Translations under genes and position numbers: made by a program
NCBI GenBank assembly: GCA_028291365.1
Contig: JAQGIE010000088.1
Coordinates: 3,000 to 66,999, forward strand
Length of the DNA stretch: 64,000 nt
Direction: 5' to 3'
DNA from: Rhodospirillales bacterium
Lineage (GTDB): Bacteria > Pseudomonadota > Alphaproteobacteria > BOG-932 > Roseiterribacteraceae
Part shown: positions 1 to 8,615 of the stretch, piece by piece
Layout: every line of letters starts with the position of its first letter
Numbering within the stretch: the stretch's first letter is position 1
Notes under the pieces: model-generated
The model's database searches: none
The model's input: only the letters and a program-made list of their open reading frames with translations
Told to the model about the DNA's origin: nothing

Positions 1-970
1 TGATGGCGAGATCGCCGGCGACGCTGACCAGCATATAGGCGTCATCGCGGCTCAGTCTCTTCTCGGCCACCAGAAAGTCGATCATCTCCCGCACCGCCTT
101 GTGCGCGGCGATGCTGAGATCGTCGTCGAATCCCATGGCGATGAAATGGGTCGGCGTCTCGGCGCGCGGATAGGCCTGCTTGGTATTTTTGTGCACGATG
201 AATTCGAGCGTGCCGGTCAGCGACGTTTCCATGGCCGTCACGTCGACTTCACCGTTGCCCTGGCCGGCATGGCCGTCGCCGACTTCGAACAGCGCGCCGC
301 TCGTATGGACCGGGAGATAAAGCGTCGTTCCCGCGACCAGTTCCTTGTTGTCCATGTTGCCGCCATGCACGGTGGGCGGCGTCGAGTCATAGCGCCCGAA
401 CGCCGGCGGCGGCGCCACGCCCATGCTGCCGAAGAAAGGATGCAGCTTGATCTGAATGCCCGGTGCGAAATTGGCGACTTGCCGGTCGCGATCGAGCGGA
501 ATGATCTTCATCCGGGCATAGGGAAACTCGTCCGTCAGCAGGCCCGCGCCATAGCGGAAACCGTTATAGGCATATGGAATCGCGAGATCGATCTTGCGGA
601 TGCGCACTTCCAGCGTGTCGCCCGGCTCGGCGCCTTCGACGAAGATCGGTCCGGTCAGGATATGCCCGCCCGGGCCGCGATCGGTGACCGCCTGAAAAAT
701 GTCGCGCAGACTCTGCTCGACTTCTTGGGGTACGACGCCGGCTCGTTCGAGCGCGGTCGGGCTGCTCGTCAGCAGCGTATCAACCACGACAAGGTCGCCG
801 GAACGGATGCGCAGCACCGGCCTGGCGCTCGCATCGTAATTGCCCCACGCGACTGTCTGCGGCGTCGCCGGCAGGCGATGGGTCTCGGCGCCGGCGTGGC
901 CCGCCACTGTGATGACGCCGAACAGTGCGGCCGCGAGTGTGGTGCGAACGAGCAGAGCCGCATGCATCAT
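1..970 (-). CDS. acetamidase/formamidase-family amidohydrolase with N-terminal signal peptide; 3' end lies outside the window
   Basis: Absent from the ORF track because it runs off the left edge. My translation of the reverse strand from ATG 970 gives MMHAALLVRTTLAAALFGVITVAGHAGAETH..., then ...PPTVHGGNMDNKELVAGTTLYLPVHTSGALFEVGDGHAGQGNGEVDVTAMETSLTG... This is the conserved core of FmdA/AmdA-type amidases. A GGGGA run lies about 10 nt upstream of the start. Confidence 0.8.
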   Translation of the reverse strand, partial: MMHAALLVRTTLAAALFGVITVAGHAGAETHRLPATPQTVAWGNYDASARPVLRIRSGDLVVVDTLLTSSPTALERAGVVPQEVEQSLRDIFQAVTDRGPGGHILTGPIFVEGAEPGDTLEVRIRKIDLAIPYAYNGFRYGAGLLTDEFPYARMKIIPLDRDRQVANFAPGIQIKLHPFFGSMGVAPPPAFGRYDSTPPTVHGGNMDNKELVAGTTLYLPVHTSGALFEVGDGHAGQGNGEVDVTAMETSLTGTLEFIVHKNTKQAYPRAETPTHFIAMGFDDDLSIAAHKAVREMIDFLVAEKRLSRDDAYMLVSVAGDLAI

Positions 971-1060
971 GGACCGAATCCCCATCGTGACATCGGGTGC
1001 ACTCGACCATGCGGACCGGCCTGCGCCAAGTCGAACAGCGGGGCGGCGGTTCGACTCGCC

Positions 1061-2689
1061 TCAGATACTGTAGCGCGCTTCGAGCAGGTCGATTTCGCGG
1101 ATGACCTTGCGCGCCGCCTCGTCGCCGAGCTCGCGCGCCTGCGCCAGCCGGAAGATCTCGGTCCGTTCGGCGCGCAGGCCCGCCAGCCGCAACTGCCGCT
1201 CGATCTTCTCGACCTTGCGCGTCTGCGCCGCTTCGGCGGGATCGTGCGGCGTCAAGTCGACGCGATGGCGGTGCAGCGCCATGATGCGGCTCGAGGCATC
1301 GGCAATCAGGTCGGCGTCGCTGCCGTCTTCCGCCATGTCGTGCTGGGCCTGCTCGATCGCCCGGATCGCGACCCGCGCCGCCAGCGCACGGGCGCGGTCC
1401 AACTCGGCCCGCGCCGAGGGTTCCGGCAGTTCCAGATTCCGCAGCAGCCGCGGCAGGCAGATACTGGCCGTGACCAGCGACACCAGGATCACGCCGGCGG
1501 CGATGAAGATCGCGAGATCGCGCGCCGGGAACGGCGCGCCGTTGGTGAGCGCGAGCGGCAGGGTGAGCACCGCCGCCAGCGTGACCGCGCCTTTGACGCC
1601 GGCGAACGACATTGCGGCGACCAGGCGCAAGCTCACCTGGCGTGGTGCCTCGCCGCGCCGCGCCTCGCGAAACAAAGTCAGGCGCAGCGACGTCCAGGCC
1701 CAGACGAACCGCAGCAATGCGAGCGCGGCGCTGATCGCGAGCACATAGACCGCGAGCCACCAGGCATCGTCATGGCCGGCGATCTGCACCGTCGCGTCGG
1801 CGCGTTCCAGGATGCCGGGGATCTGTTCGCCCAGCAGCACGAAGATCACGCCGTTGGCGGCCATCTGCACCATGTCCCAGACGGCGCCGCGTTTGACCCT
1901 GGTGAGCGCCGTGACCTCGCCCGCACGTTCGGCGTAGCTCATCGAAATGCCGGCCGCGACCGCGGCGAGCACGCCCGAACAATGCACCGCTTCGGCGAGC
2001 AGATAGGCGCCGAACGGAATCAGCAGGCTGGTCAGGATCGGCGTGCCGGTGTCCTCGCCGAGATGCGAGCCGATCCAGCGCTCGGTTTTCGCGACGACGA
2101 GCGTGAAGCCGACGCCGATCGCGATGCCGCCGATCGCCAGCCACAGAAAGGTTGCGGATGCTTGGGCCAGCGAAAAGCTGCCGGTGAGCGTGGCCCCGAC
2201 GGCAAAGCGCAGGCAGACCAGGGCCGACGCGTCGTTGAGCAGCGCCTCGCCTTCGAGGATCCGCATCATGCGTTTTGGAATCCGCACCCGCGCGGCGATC
2301 GCCTGCACCGCGATCGGATCGGTCGGCGACACCACCGCGGCCAGCGCGAAGGCGACCGGCAGCGGCACTGAAGGGATCAGCCAGTGAACGAACAGGCCGA
2401 CGCCGAGCACGGTGAAGACGAGCAGGCCCAGCGCCAGTTCGAGAATGATCGCCGCATCGCGGCGCAGCCCGTCCTTGGGGATGCGCCAGCCATCGACGAA
2501 CAGCAGCGGCGGCAGGAACAGCAGAAAGAACAGGTCGGGATCGAGCTGGACCGGCGTGATGATCGAGTACGCGATCAGCGCGCCGAGCGCGATCTGCACC
2601 AGCGGCAGCGGCAGCCGGCTCAGCCGTGCGAGCGGCCCGCTCACCACGACCGCGAGCAGCAGGATCAGGACCGTCACCACCGAGTTCAA
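1061..2689 (-). CDS. Na+/H+ antiporter, CPA1 (NhaP-type) family
   Basis: ORF track 1061..2767. The multi-TM body contains PLLFVDGWRIPKDGL, VVSPTDPIAV and EGEALLNDASALV, followed by a long cytoplasmic C-terminal tail. I place the start at TTG 2689 (MNSVVTVLILLL...) because AAGGAG sits 10 nt upstream. The 2767 start would add an Arg/Pro-rich, non-membrane leader. Confidence 0.85.
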   Translation of the reverse strand: MNSVVTVLILLLAVVVSGPLARLSRLPLPLVQIALGALIAYSIITPVQLDPDLFFLLFLPPLLFVDGWRIPKDGLRRDAAIILELALGLLVFTVLGVGLFVHWLIPSVPLPVAFALAAVVSPTDPIAVQAIAARVRIPKRMMRILEGEALLNDASALVCLRFAVGATLTGSFSLAQASATFLWLAIGGIAIGVGFTLVVAKTERWIGSHLGEDTGTPILTSLLIPFGAYLLAEAVHCSGVLAAVAAGISMSYAERAGEVTALTRVKRGAVWDMVQMAANGVIFVLLGEQIPGILERADATVQIAGHDDAWWLAVYVLAISAALALLRFVWAWTSLRLTLFREARRGEAPRQVSLRLVAAMSFAGVKGAVTLAAVLTLPLALTNGAPFPARDLAIFIAAGVILVSLVTASICLPRLLRNLELPEPSARAELDRARALAARVAIRAIEQAQHDMAEDGSDADLIADASSRIMALHRHRVDLTPHDPAEAAQTRKVEKIERQLRLAGLRAERTEIFRLAQARELGDEAARKVIREIDLLEARYSI

Positions 2690-2915
2690 CTTCGTCGTGC
2701 TCCTTTGGATGTGCCGATGCGGCGGTCGACCGGGCGCGTCCGGTCGATCTGAGCCGCAACGCCGCACAACAAGATGCGCACCTTACTCGGCTTGGGTTGT
2801 CCGTTGGTGCTGCCGTCGCGCGCCACCAATCCTGGTTTCCCATCACATCGGCGTGGTTTATTCGAATTCGGCCGCTTGGCAGGGCGGCCCGAACAAGAAA
2901 ACGCTGGGGGACCTG

Positions 2916-3521
2916 ATGAAGAAACTGATCGCGTGTGCCGCGCTGGTGCTGCTTTGCGCATGTGCAAGCCAAAGCGCCAAGGTGAACGCGTATACCGAGC
3001 CGACCCACACGCCCGGAACGATCAGGTCCATTGCGATCTTCCCGGTCACCAATTCCAGCCTCGCACCGGGCGAAGGGCAGCGGATCAACCAGACGATCGG
3101 ACCGCGCATCGCAGCGAAGAATCCGGGCATCCGGATCATCAGCCCGGCCGAGGCGATTACGAAACTGAACGACGCCGGACAGGCGACCGTATGGGCGCGA
3201 TTCCTCGATGCCTATACCAGCTCCGGCATTCCCGATTCATCGGCGCTGCGCCAGATCAGCACGACGCTCGGCGTCGACGCCATCGTGCAGGGCTCGGTCG
3301 CGAAAGCGATCCAGCAGGACGGTATTCTCGGCGTTCGCGCCGGCGGCACGCTGGTCACGGTGCAGGTCTCTGCCTTCGATGCGCGGCAAGGCCGTCTCAT
3401 CTGGCAGGCGTCGTCCGAGGGACGCAGCACCACGGCCACGACGCTGGAAAACGCGCCGCCGCTGGCCGAAGCGATTCAACTCGCGGTCGACAAGCTGATC
3501 GAAAACATGCCGCCGCTGTAA
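2916..3521 (+). CDS. lipoprotein of unknown function
   Basis: Internal ATG of ORF 2412..3521. It starts MKKLIACAALVLLCACASQ, a signal peptide with an LLCAC lipobox. The mature part has high third-position GC. A strong terminator follows. Confidence 0.7.
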   Translation: MKKLIACAALVLLCACASQSAKVNAYTEPTHTPGTIRSIAIFPVTNSSLAPGEGQRINQTIGPRIAAKNPGIRIISPAEAITKLNDAGQATVWARFLDAYTSSGIPDSSALRQISTTLGVDAIVQGSVAKAIQQDGILGVRAGGTLVTVQVSAFDARQGRLIWQASSEGRSTTATTLENAPPLAEAIQLAVDKLIENMPPL

Positions 3522-3540
3522 CGGGCGCTGCCAACAAGAA

Positions 3541-3574
3541 ACGGCGCGGATCTCCGTCCGCGCCGTTTTTGTTT
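3541..3574 (+). terminator. rho-independent terminator
   Basis: Perfect 10-bp stem ACGGCGCGGA / TCCGCGCCGT (3541-3550 and 3557-3566) with a 6-nt loop, followed by TTTTTGTTT. It sits 20 nt after the lipoprotein stop codon. Confidence 0.65.
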
Positions 3575-3663
3575 GACTGCCGCGTCGTTGCCGCCACGGC
3601 CATGGATCGGCCCTCGCGAATCACGCATCGTTGCCGGATTGGGGACTCGATCGTGAGGCGACC

Positions 3664-4572
3664 ATGGCGACGTTCGACCGGCTGACCGATGCCGAGTGGG
3701 AGCTGATCGCGTTGTTCTTCCCGGCGCCGCAGGACCGGAAACAGTTCGGGCCGGTGATCGACAATCGGGTCGTGGTCGATGCGTTGCTGTGGCTGACCGC
3801 GACCGGCACGAGGTGGCGCCGCCTGCCCGCCTCGCGCGGCAATGGCGACGCCATCCGCCGCCGCGTCCGGCGCTGGGTCGAAGACGGGGTGTTCGACCGG
3901 CTCGCCGCGCGCCTCGACGCGCTCGCGCTGGGCGCTGCCACCGCCGACCTGCTGCGCCGAACCCTGGCGCGCGAGGACCTGCATGCGGACGATGACGCGG
4001 TCCGCGCGGACGAGCCACTGTCCGCACCAATGTCCGTAGAACGTCCGCAGACGTCCGCGCCACCGTCCGCGGACCGTGGCGGCGATGTGCTGCCGACGTC
4101 CGCACCAACGTCCGCAGCCACCTCACTGTCCGCAGCATCGTCCGCGGACCCAGCGGCGCAACGTCCGCACCCGACGTCCGCACGTCCGCGCCCAACGTCC
4201 GCGGACGTTGGCGGCGACGCCGCCTGGGTCGAGCTTTCGACCGGGGCCAAGGGTAAATCGATCAGCCTCAAGGGCGGCGGTGCGCTGACCAACGCGACGA
4301 CCTGGCTCAAGAACCTGCCGCCGACGATGCTGCCCTATTTCTCGGGCCTGGCGATGGTCCCGCTGATGATCTGGCTGTGGTCGTGGAGCCTGACCGAGGT
4401 CGGCCCCAAACTCGACTTCCTCGCCGACCGCCTCGGCATCAGCCGCGCCATTCCCGCCGCCGTGTTCACGGTGGCGGTGCTCGCCGGCACGGTGTGGGTG
4501 CTGCTGCTGACGCACCGGATGACCCGCGTGCGGGTGTGCCCCCATTGCGGGGAGCCGGTGCGGGGGCTGTGA
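3664..4572 (+). CDS. membrane protein: IS5-type transposase N-terminal (DUF4096-like) domain, TSA/Pro-rich linker, C-terminal TM segments and CPHCG motif
   Basis: ORF 3631..4572; likely start at MATFDRLTDAEWELIALFFP.
- Residues 1-90 (LTDAEWELI...DNRVVVDALLWLTATGTRWRRLP...RRRVRRWVEDGVFDRL) follow the pattern of the DUF4096 domain of IS5/IS1182-type transposase ORFA.
- No DDE catalytic part follows.
- The C-terminus has hydrophobic stretches (MLPYFSGLAMVPLMIWLWSWSL; AIPAAVFTVAVLAGTVWVLLL) and ends with VCPHCGEP. Confidence 0.6.
   Translation: MATFDRLTDAEWELIALFFPAPQDRKQFGPVIDNRVVVDALLWLTATGTRWRRLPASRGNGDAIRRRVRRWVEDGVFDRLAARLDALALGAATADLLRRTLAREDLHADDDAVRADEPLSAPMSVERPQTSAPPSADRGGDVLPTSAPTSAATSLSAASSADPAAQRPHPTSARPRPTSADVGGDAAWVELSTGAKGKSISLKGGGALTNATTWLKNLPPTMLPYFSGLAMVPLMIWLWSWSLTEVGPKLDFLADRLGISRAIPAAVFTVAVLAGTVWVLLLTHRMTRVRVCPHCGEPVRGL
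3985..4210. repeat. dense array of the hexamer GTCCGC (about 14 plus-strand copies, several as GTCCGCGGAC palindromes) inside the CDS
   Basis: Read directly from the sequence. GTCCGC starts at 4000, 4020, 4043, 4053, 4065, 4098, 4110, 4128, 4140, 4163, 4176, 4183 and 4197, with a GTCCGT variant at 4032. Reverse-strand copies (GCGGAC) occur at 3985, 4069, 4144 and 4201. A 16-bp perfect palindrome AACGTCCGCGGACGTT spans 4194-4209. Confidence 0.85.
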
Positions 4573-4916
4573 GCGCGGCGCGCATCGTCGTCTACGTCGC
4601 CGCGATGATGTGCGTCGTCAGTCGCCGCATGTCGGAAAGCAGCGCGCGCAATTGCGGCCACGGTTCTTGTTCAATGTCGAGTCCGGGCTGGAGCTGCAGC
4701 AGCGTTGCTTCGCGCTTCGCAGGCGCCTTCGATCGTCGCAGCCGGCAGGCGACCGCCGTTGTCGGGCAACGCTCGCCGCGATCGCGCAGGTGATGCACCG
4801 GATCCGCCGCTGCTTCCTTCCGAGGCACGAGCTGACCGCCCCCGCCTGAGACTTCCGCGCCCCTCCCTCGTTCCCCGAACGACCGCCCCACCGTCGGCCG
4901 CGCAGCGAGGATCCCC

Positions 4917-6638
4917 ATGCCCGAAACCGCCGCCCATTACATCGCCGCCATGTTGGAACAGGCCGGGGTGCAGCGCATCTACGGCGTTGTCGGCGATTCG
5001 CTGAACGGCTTGACCGAGGCGCTGCGCAAGCGCGGCAAGATCGCGTGGATACATGTGCGCCACGAAGAGTCGGCCGCCTTCGCGGCGGGCGCCGAAGCGC
5101 AGCTCACCGGGCAGCTCGCCGTCTGCGCCGGCAGTTGCGGGCCGGGCAATCTGCATCTGATCAACGGCCTCTATGACTGCCATCGCAGCGGGGCGCCGGT
5201 GCTCGCCATCGCCGCTCATATTCCGTCGACCGAGATCGGCGTCGATTATTTCCAGGCGACCCATCCGGAATTCCTGTTCAAGGAATGCAGCCACTATGTC
5301 GAGCTGGTCTCGAACCCCACGCTGCTGCCGCAGATCCTCGAACGCGCCATGCGCACCGCGATCGCCAGGCGCGGCGTCGCGGTCGTCGTCATTCCCGGCG
5401 ACGTGGCGCTGAAGCCGCTCGCAAAAGACCCGCCGAGCTGGCTCGCGCCCCAAGCGCCGACGGTGCGGCCGGGCGACGCCGGGCTGCACAAACTCGCCGG
5501 CGTCCTCAACGAGTCCAGCCGCATCACCATGATGTGCGGCGCCGGCTGCGCCGGGGCGCATGACGAGATCATCACGCTGGCAGCGCGCCTGAAGGCGCCG
5601 ATCGTGCACACGCTGCGCGGCAAGGATCATGTCGAATACGACAACCCCTACGATGTCGGCATGACTGGCCTGATCGGCGTCGCGTCGGGCTACGCCGCGA
5701 TGAAGGAATGCGACACGCTGCTGCTGCTCGGCACCGATTTTCCCTACCGGCAATTCTATCCCGAACACGCCTTCGTGGCGCAGATCGACCTGCGCGCCGA
5801 AGCGCTGGGCAATCGCTGCCATCTCGGTCTCGGCCTGCTCGGCGACGTCAAGACGACCCTGCAGGCGCTGGATCCGCTGCTCGTCGACAAAAGCGACCGC
5901 TTCCATCTCGACGCGGCGCTGGCGCATTACGCCGAGGCGCGGCGCGATCTCGACGCGCTGGCCGAAGTGCGCGCGGGCAGCACCATCATTCACCCGCAGC
6001 AGCTGACCAAGCTGGTGAGCGATCTCGCCGACGACGACGCGGTGTTCACCTGCGATGTCGGCACGCCGACCGTGTGGGCGGCGCGCTATCTGAAAATGAA
6101 CGGCAAGCGGCGGCTGCTGGGCTCGTTCAACCACGGCTCGATGGCCAACGCGATGCTGCAGGCGCTGGGCGCGCAGGCGGCGTTTCCCGAGCGCCAAATC
6201 GTGTCGCTGTCAGGCGACGGCGGCTTCACCATGATGATGGGCGACTTCATCACGCTGAGCCAACTGGCTTTGCCGGTGAAAGTCGTGGTGCTGAACAACG
6301 GCACGCTGGGCTTCGTCGAAATGGAGATGAAGGCCAACGGCTTTCTCGACACTGGCTGCGAGCTGATCAATCCCAACTTCGCCGCCATGGCCGAAGCGAT
6401 GGGCATCAAGGGCATTCGCGTCGAGCATCCCGGTGACGTGCAAGCGGCGCTCGAACAGGCCTTCGCCCATGACGGGCCGGTGCTGGTCGATGTCGTCAGC
6501 GCGCGCCAGGAACTCGCCATGCCGCCGCAGAAGACGCTCGAGCAGGCGGCGAATTTCGGCATGTTCATGGTCAAGGCGGTGATGAACGGCCGCCTCGACC
6601 AGCTGGTCGACCTCGCCAAGGTGCAGCTGCGCCGGTGA
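4917..6638 (+). CDS. poxB: pyruvate dehydrogenase (quinone) / pyruvate oxidase, thiamine-diphosphate and FAD dependent
   Basis: The 573-aa ORF is collinear with E. coli PoxB along its whole length. Shared stretches include [89 protein letters not shown] and the C-terminal lipid-activated tail ending in LAKVQLRR. Confidence 0.95.
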   Translation: MPETAAHYIAAMLEQAGVQRIYGVVGDSLNGLTEALRKRGKIAWIHVRHEESAAFAAGAEAQLTGQLAVCAGSCGPGNLHLINGLYDCHRSGAPVLAIAAHIPSTEIGVDYFQATHPEFLFKECSHYVELVSNPTLLPQILERAMRTAIARRGVAVVVIPGDVALKPLAKDPPSWLAPQAPTVRPGDAGLHKLAGVLNESSRITMMCGAGCAGAHDEIITLAARLKAPIVHTLRGKDHVEYDNPYDVGMTGLIGVASGYAAMKECDTLLLLGTDFPYRQFYPEHAFVAQIDLRAEALGNRCHLGLGLLGDVKTTLQALDPLLVDKSDRFHLDAALAHYAEARRDLDALAEVRAGSTIIHPQQLTKLVSDLADDDAVFTCDVGTPTVWAARYLKMNGKRRLLGSFNHGSMANAMLQALGAQAAFPERQIVSLSGDGGFTMMMGDFITLSQLALPVKVVVLNNGTLGFVEMEMKANGFLDTGCELINPNFAAMAEAMGIKGIRVEHPGDVQAALEQAFAHDGPVLVDVVSARQELAMPPQKTLEQAANFGMFMVKAVMNGRLDQLVDLAKVQLRR

Positions 6639-6795
6639 AGGCCGCGCCGGCGTTGGACGGGGCGCCGCACTTCGAGAGCAGCGCCGGGCAAGCGGGCAGC
6701 GACGGCGGAACGACGATGGGCGACAGCTCGGCTTGCAACCGGCATGGCGGCTTGGTGCTGGCCGCGATGCCGGCCGAGCGCTACCGTACGCGCCC

Positions 6796-7470
6796 ATGAA
6801 CCACGTCCGCGTCGACGCATCGCTGCAGGCCATCGTCGCGGGCAGCGTCGACACGATCGCCTTCGTCGGTCTCTACGGCCTGTTCACGGCGCACATTACC
6901 GGCAACTTCGTGCTGATCGGCGCCGCCATCGCGCATCCGCAGCTGGGCGTCATCGCCAAGCTCGCCGCCTTGCCGATGTTCATGCTGGCGGCCGCCACGA
7001 CCAACCTGTTTCTCGCCTGGCGCGTCAAGGGCGGCCACGATCCCGCGCGCGGCGTGTTCGCGGTCGAAGCGGTGCTGCTGGCCGCGTTCATGGCAGTCGC
7101 CCTGTGGTGCGGTCCGTTCACCAGCGGCGACCAGCCGCTCGCGATTCTCGCCGGCTTGTTCGGCGTCAGCGCCATGGCGGTGCAGAACGCCGCCTCGCGC
7201 AGCATTTTCAGCGCGCTGCCGCCGACCACGGTGATGACCGGCAACGTGACCCAGATCGTGCTCGACCTGGTCGAGTTGCGCCGCGGCGGCGCGCCTGCCG
7301 CAGACGCCGCGGCCCGGGCTCGTATTGCCAAGATGCTGCCCGCGGTGCTTGCCTTTGCCGCCGGCGCCATCGCCGGCGGCCTGGGCTACGCCTTGATCGG
7401 CTTCGCCGCGCTGGCGCTGCCGATTGTCGCGACACTTGCGCTTCTGGTGCTGCACAAGCAGGCGAGCTGA
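6796..7470 (+). CDS. DUF1275 (YoaK-like) family membrane protein
   Basis: ORF 6733..7470. It has hydrophobic helices and the signature VDTIAFVGLYGLFTAHITGNFVLIG. The start could be ATG 6796 or TTG 6733. Confidence 0.75.
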   Translation: MNHVRVDASLQAIVAGSVDTIAFVGLYGLFTAHITGNFVLIGAAIAHPQLGVIAKLAALPMFMLAAATTNLFLAWRVKGGHDPARGVFAVEAVLLAAFMAVALWCGPFTSGDQPLAILAGLFGVSAMAVQNAASRSIFSALPPTTVMTGNVTQIVLDLVELRRGGAPAADAAARARIAKMLPAVLAFAAGAIAGGLGYALIGFAALALPIVATLALLVLHKQAS

Positions 7471-7582
7471 TCGTGCTGCGCCGGTCGCGACCGGTAACCA
7501 TCACCGCGCGGTCGCGAACACAGCGCGCGGACGCAACCATCTCGGCCTGGCGCTGGAATTCGCCTGGTGAACAGGAGCCGAT

Positions 7583-8593
7583 GTGACCAATCCAGAACCG
7601 CTGCCGCACACTCGCAACCGGCGCGCGCTGGCCGTCGCCGCGTTGCTCTTTGCGGGGATGGTCGCTGCCGCCTGGTACCTGTCTTTTCCGTCGTCGCTGA
7701 TGATTCAGGGCGAGGCCGACAGCACGCGCACCGACATGGCGGCGCGGGTCGACGGGCGGGTCGCGAAGATCTTCGTCCTGCGCGGCCAGAATGTCGAAGC
7801 GGGGGCGGCCCTGCTCGCGCTCGACAATCCCGAACTGCTCGCCAAGCTCGCCGAGGCGCAGGCCGGACGCGCCGTCGCCGACGCCGAGCTCGCGCGGATC
7901 CATGCCGGCACGCGCAGCGAAGAAGTCGAGATCCGCAAGGCTGACCTGGAACGTTCGATCGCCAACGTTGCGCTGGCGCAGGAGACGTTCGACCGCGTGC
8001 GCTCATTGGCTTCGAGCCAGTTCGCCTCGGGCCAGCGGCTCGACCAGGCGACGGCTGCGCTCCGCGTCGCGCAGCGCAGCCAGGACCAGGCGCGGCTTGC
8101 CTATCAGCAGGCCGTCGCCGGATTCACCGTCGAAGAAGTGCGCATGGCCGAGGCCAAAGTGGTTCAGGCCGCTGCCTCGGCCGCGACCTTGCAGGCGATG
8201 GTCGATCAGCTCGTGGTGAAGGCGCCCGCGCCGTCGCAAGTGCTCGACATCAAGATCGAAGCGGGCGAGGTGGTGGCGCCGGGCGTGCCGCTGCTGTCGC
8301 TGGTCGATATACGCGACGTGTGGCTGCGCTTCGATCTGCGCGAGGATCTGTCGAAGGGACTCAAAGTCGGCGACAAATTCGACGTTCGCCTGCCGGCGCT
8401 GAACGGCCGCAAAGTCACGGCCGAGGTCAAGCTCATCGCCGCCAAGGGCGAATATGCCGGCTGGCGCGCGACGCGCGCGACCGGCGATTTCGATCTGCGC
8501 ACCTTCGCCATCCGCGCCTATCCGACCGCACCGATCGACGGGCTGCGTCCCGGCATGAGCGCCTATGCCGACTGGCCGAACGCGTCGCGATGA
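7583..8593 (+). CDS. HlyD-family membrane fusion (periplasmic adaptor) protein
   Basis: GTG start 5 nt after AGGAG. It has an N-terminal TM anchor, a lipoyl-like hairpin (VDGRVAKIFVLRGQNVEAGAALLALD), a long coiled-coil and a beta-barrel (VVKAPAPSQVLDIKIEAGEVVAPGVPLLSL). Confidence 0.85.
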   Translation: MTNPEPLPHTRNRRALAVAALLFAGMVAAAWYLSFPSSLMIQGEADSTRTDMAARVDGRVAKIFVLRGQNVEAGAALLALDNPELLAKLAEAQAGRAVADAELARIHAGTRSEEVEIRKADLERSIANVALAQETFDRVRSLASSQFASGQRLDQATAALRVAQRSQDQARLAYQQAVAGFTVEEVRMAEAKVVQAAASAATLQAMVDQLVVKAPAPSQVLDIKIEAGEVVAPGVPLLSLVDIRDVWLRFDLREDLSKGLKVGDKFDVRLPALNGRKVTAEVKLIAAKGEYAGWRATRATGDFDLRTFAIRAYPTAPIDGLRPGMSAYADWPNASR

Positions 8594-8615
8594 TTCGCCA
8601 TGACGGGAAAAGAGG

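Noticed and set aside
1030-1062. GGTTCGACTCGCC string resembling a tRNA T-arm
   Set aside because: The flanking bases do not form a 5-bp T-stem, and no acceptor or anticodon arms can be drawn. I found no tRNA anywhere in the window by eye.
101-2371. 756-aa plus-strand ORF spanning the acetamidase and antiporter loci
   Set aside because: It is extremely Arg/Ala/Gly-rich with no domain pattern. It is antisense to two genes that have clear family signatures. This is the typical long shadow ORF of very GC-rich DNA.
3985-4210. Possibility that the GTCCGC array is a CRISPR array or other spacer-repeat locus
   Set aside because: The repeat unit is only 6-10 bp and the spacing is irregular at 8-25 bp. 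The array lies inside an intact, GC3-biased ORF. It does not fit CRISPR geometry.
4592-4918. 108-aa minus-strand ORF upstream of poxB
   Set aside because: Its start would overlap the poxB start codon head to head, which is implausible for divergent genes. It has no Shine-Dalgarno sequence or family signature. The last ~40 residues look protein-like, so a gene remnant cannot be excluded, but there is not enough support to call it.
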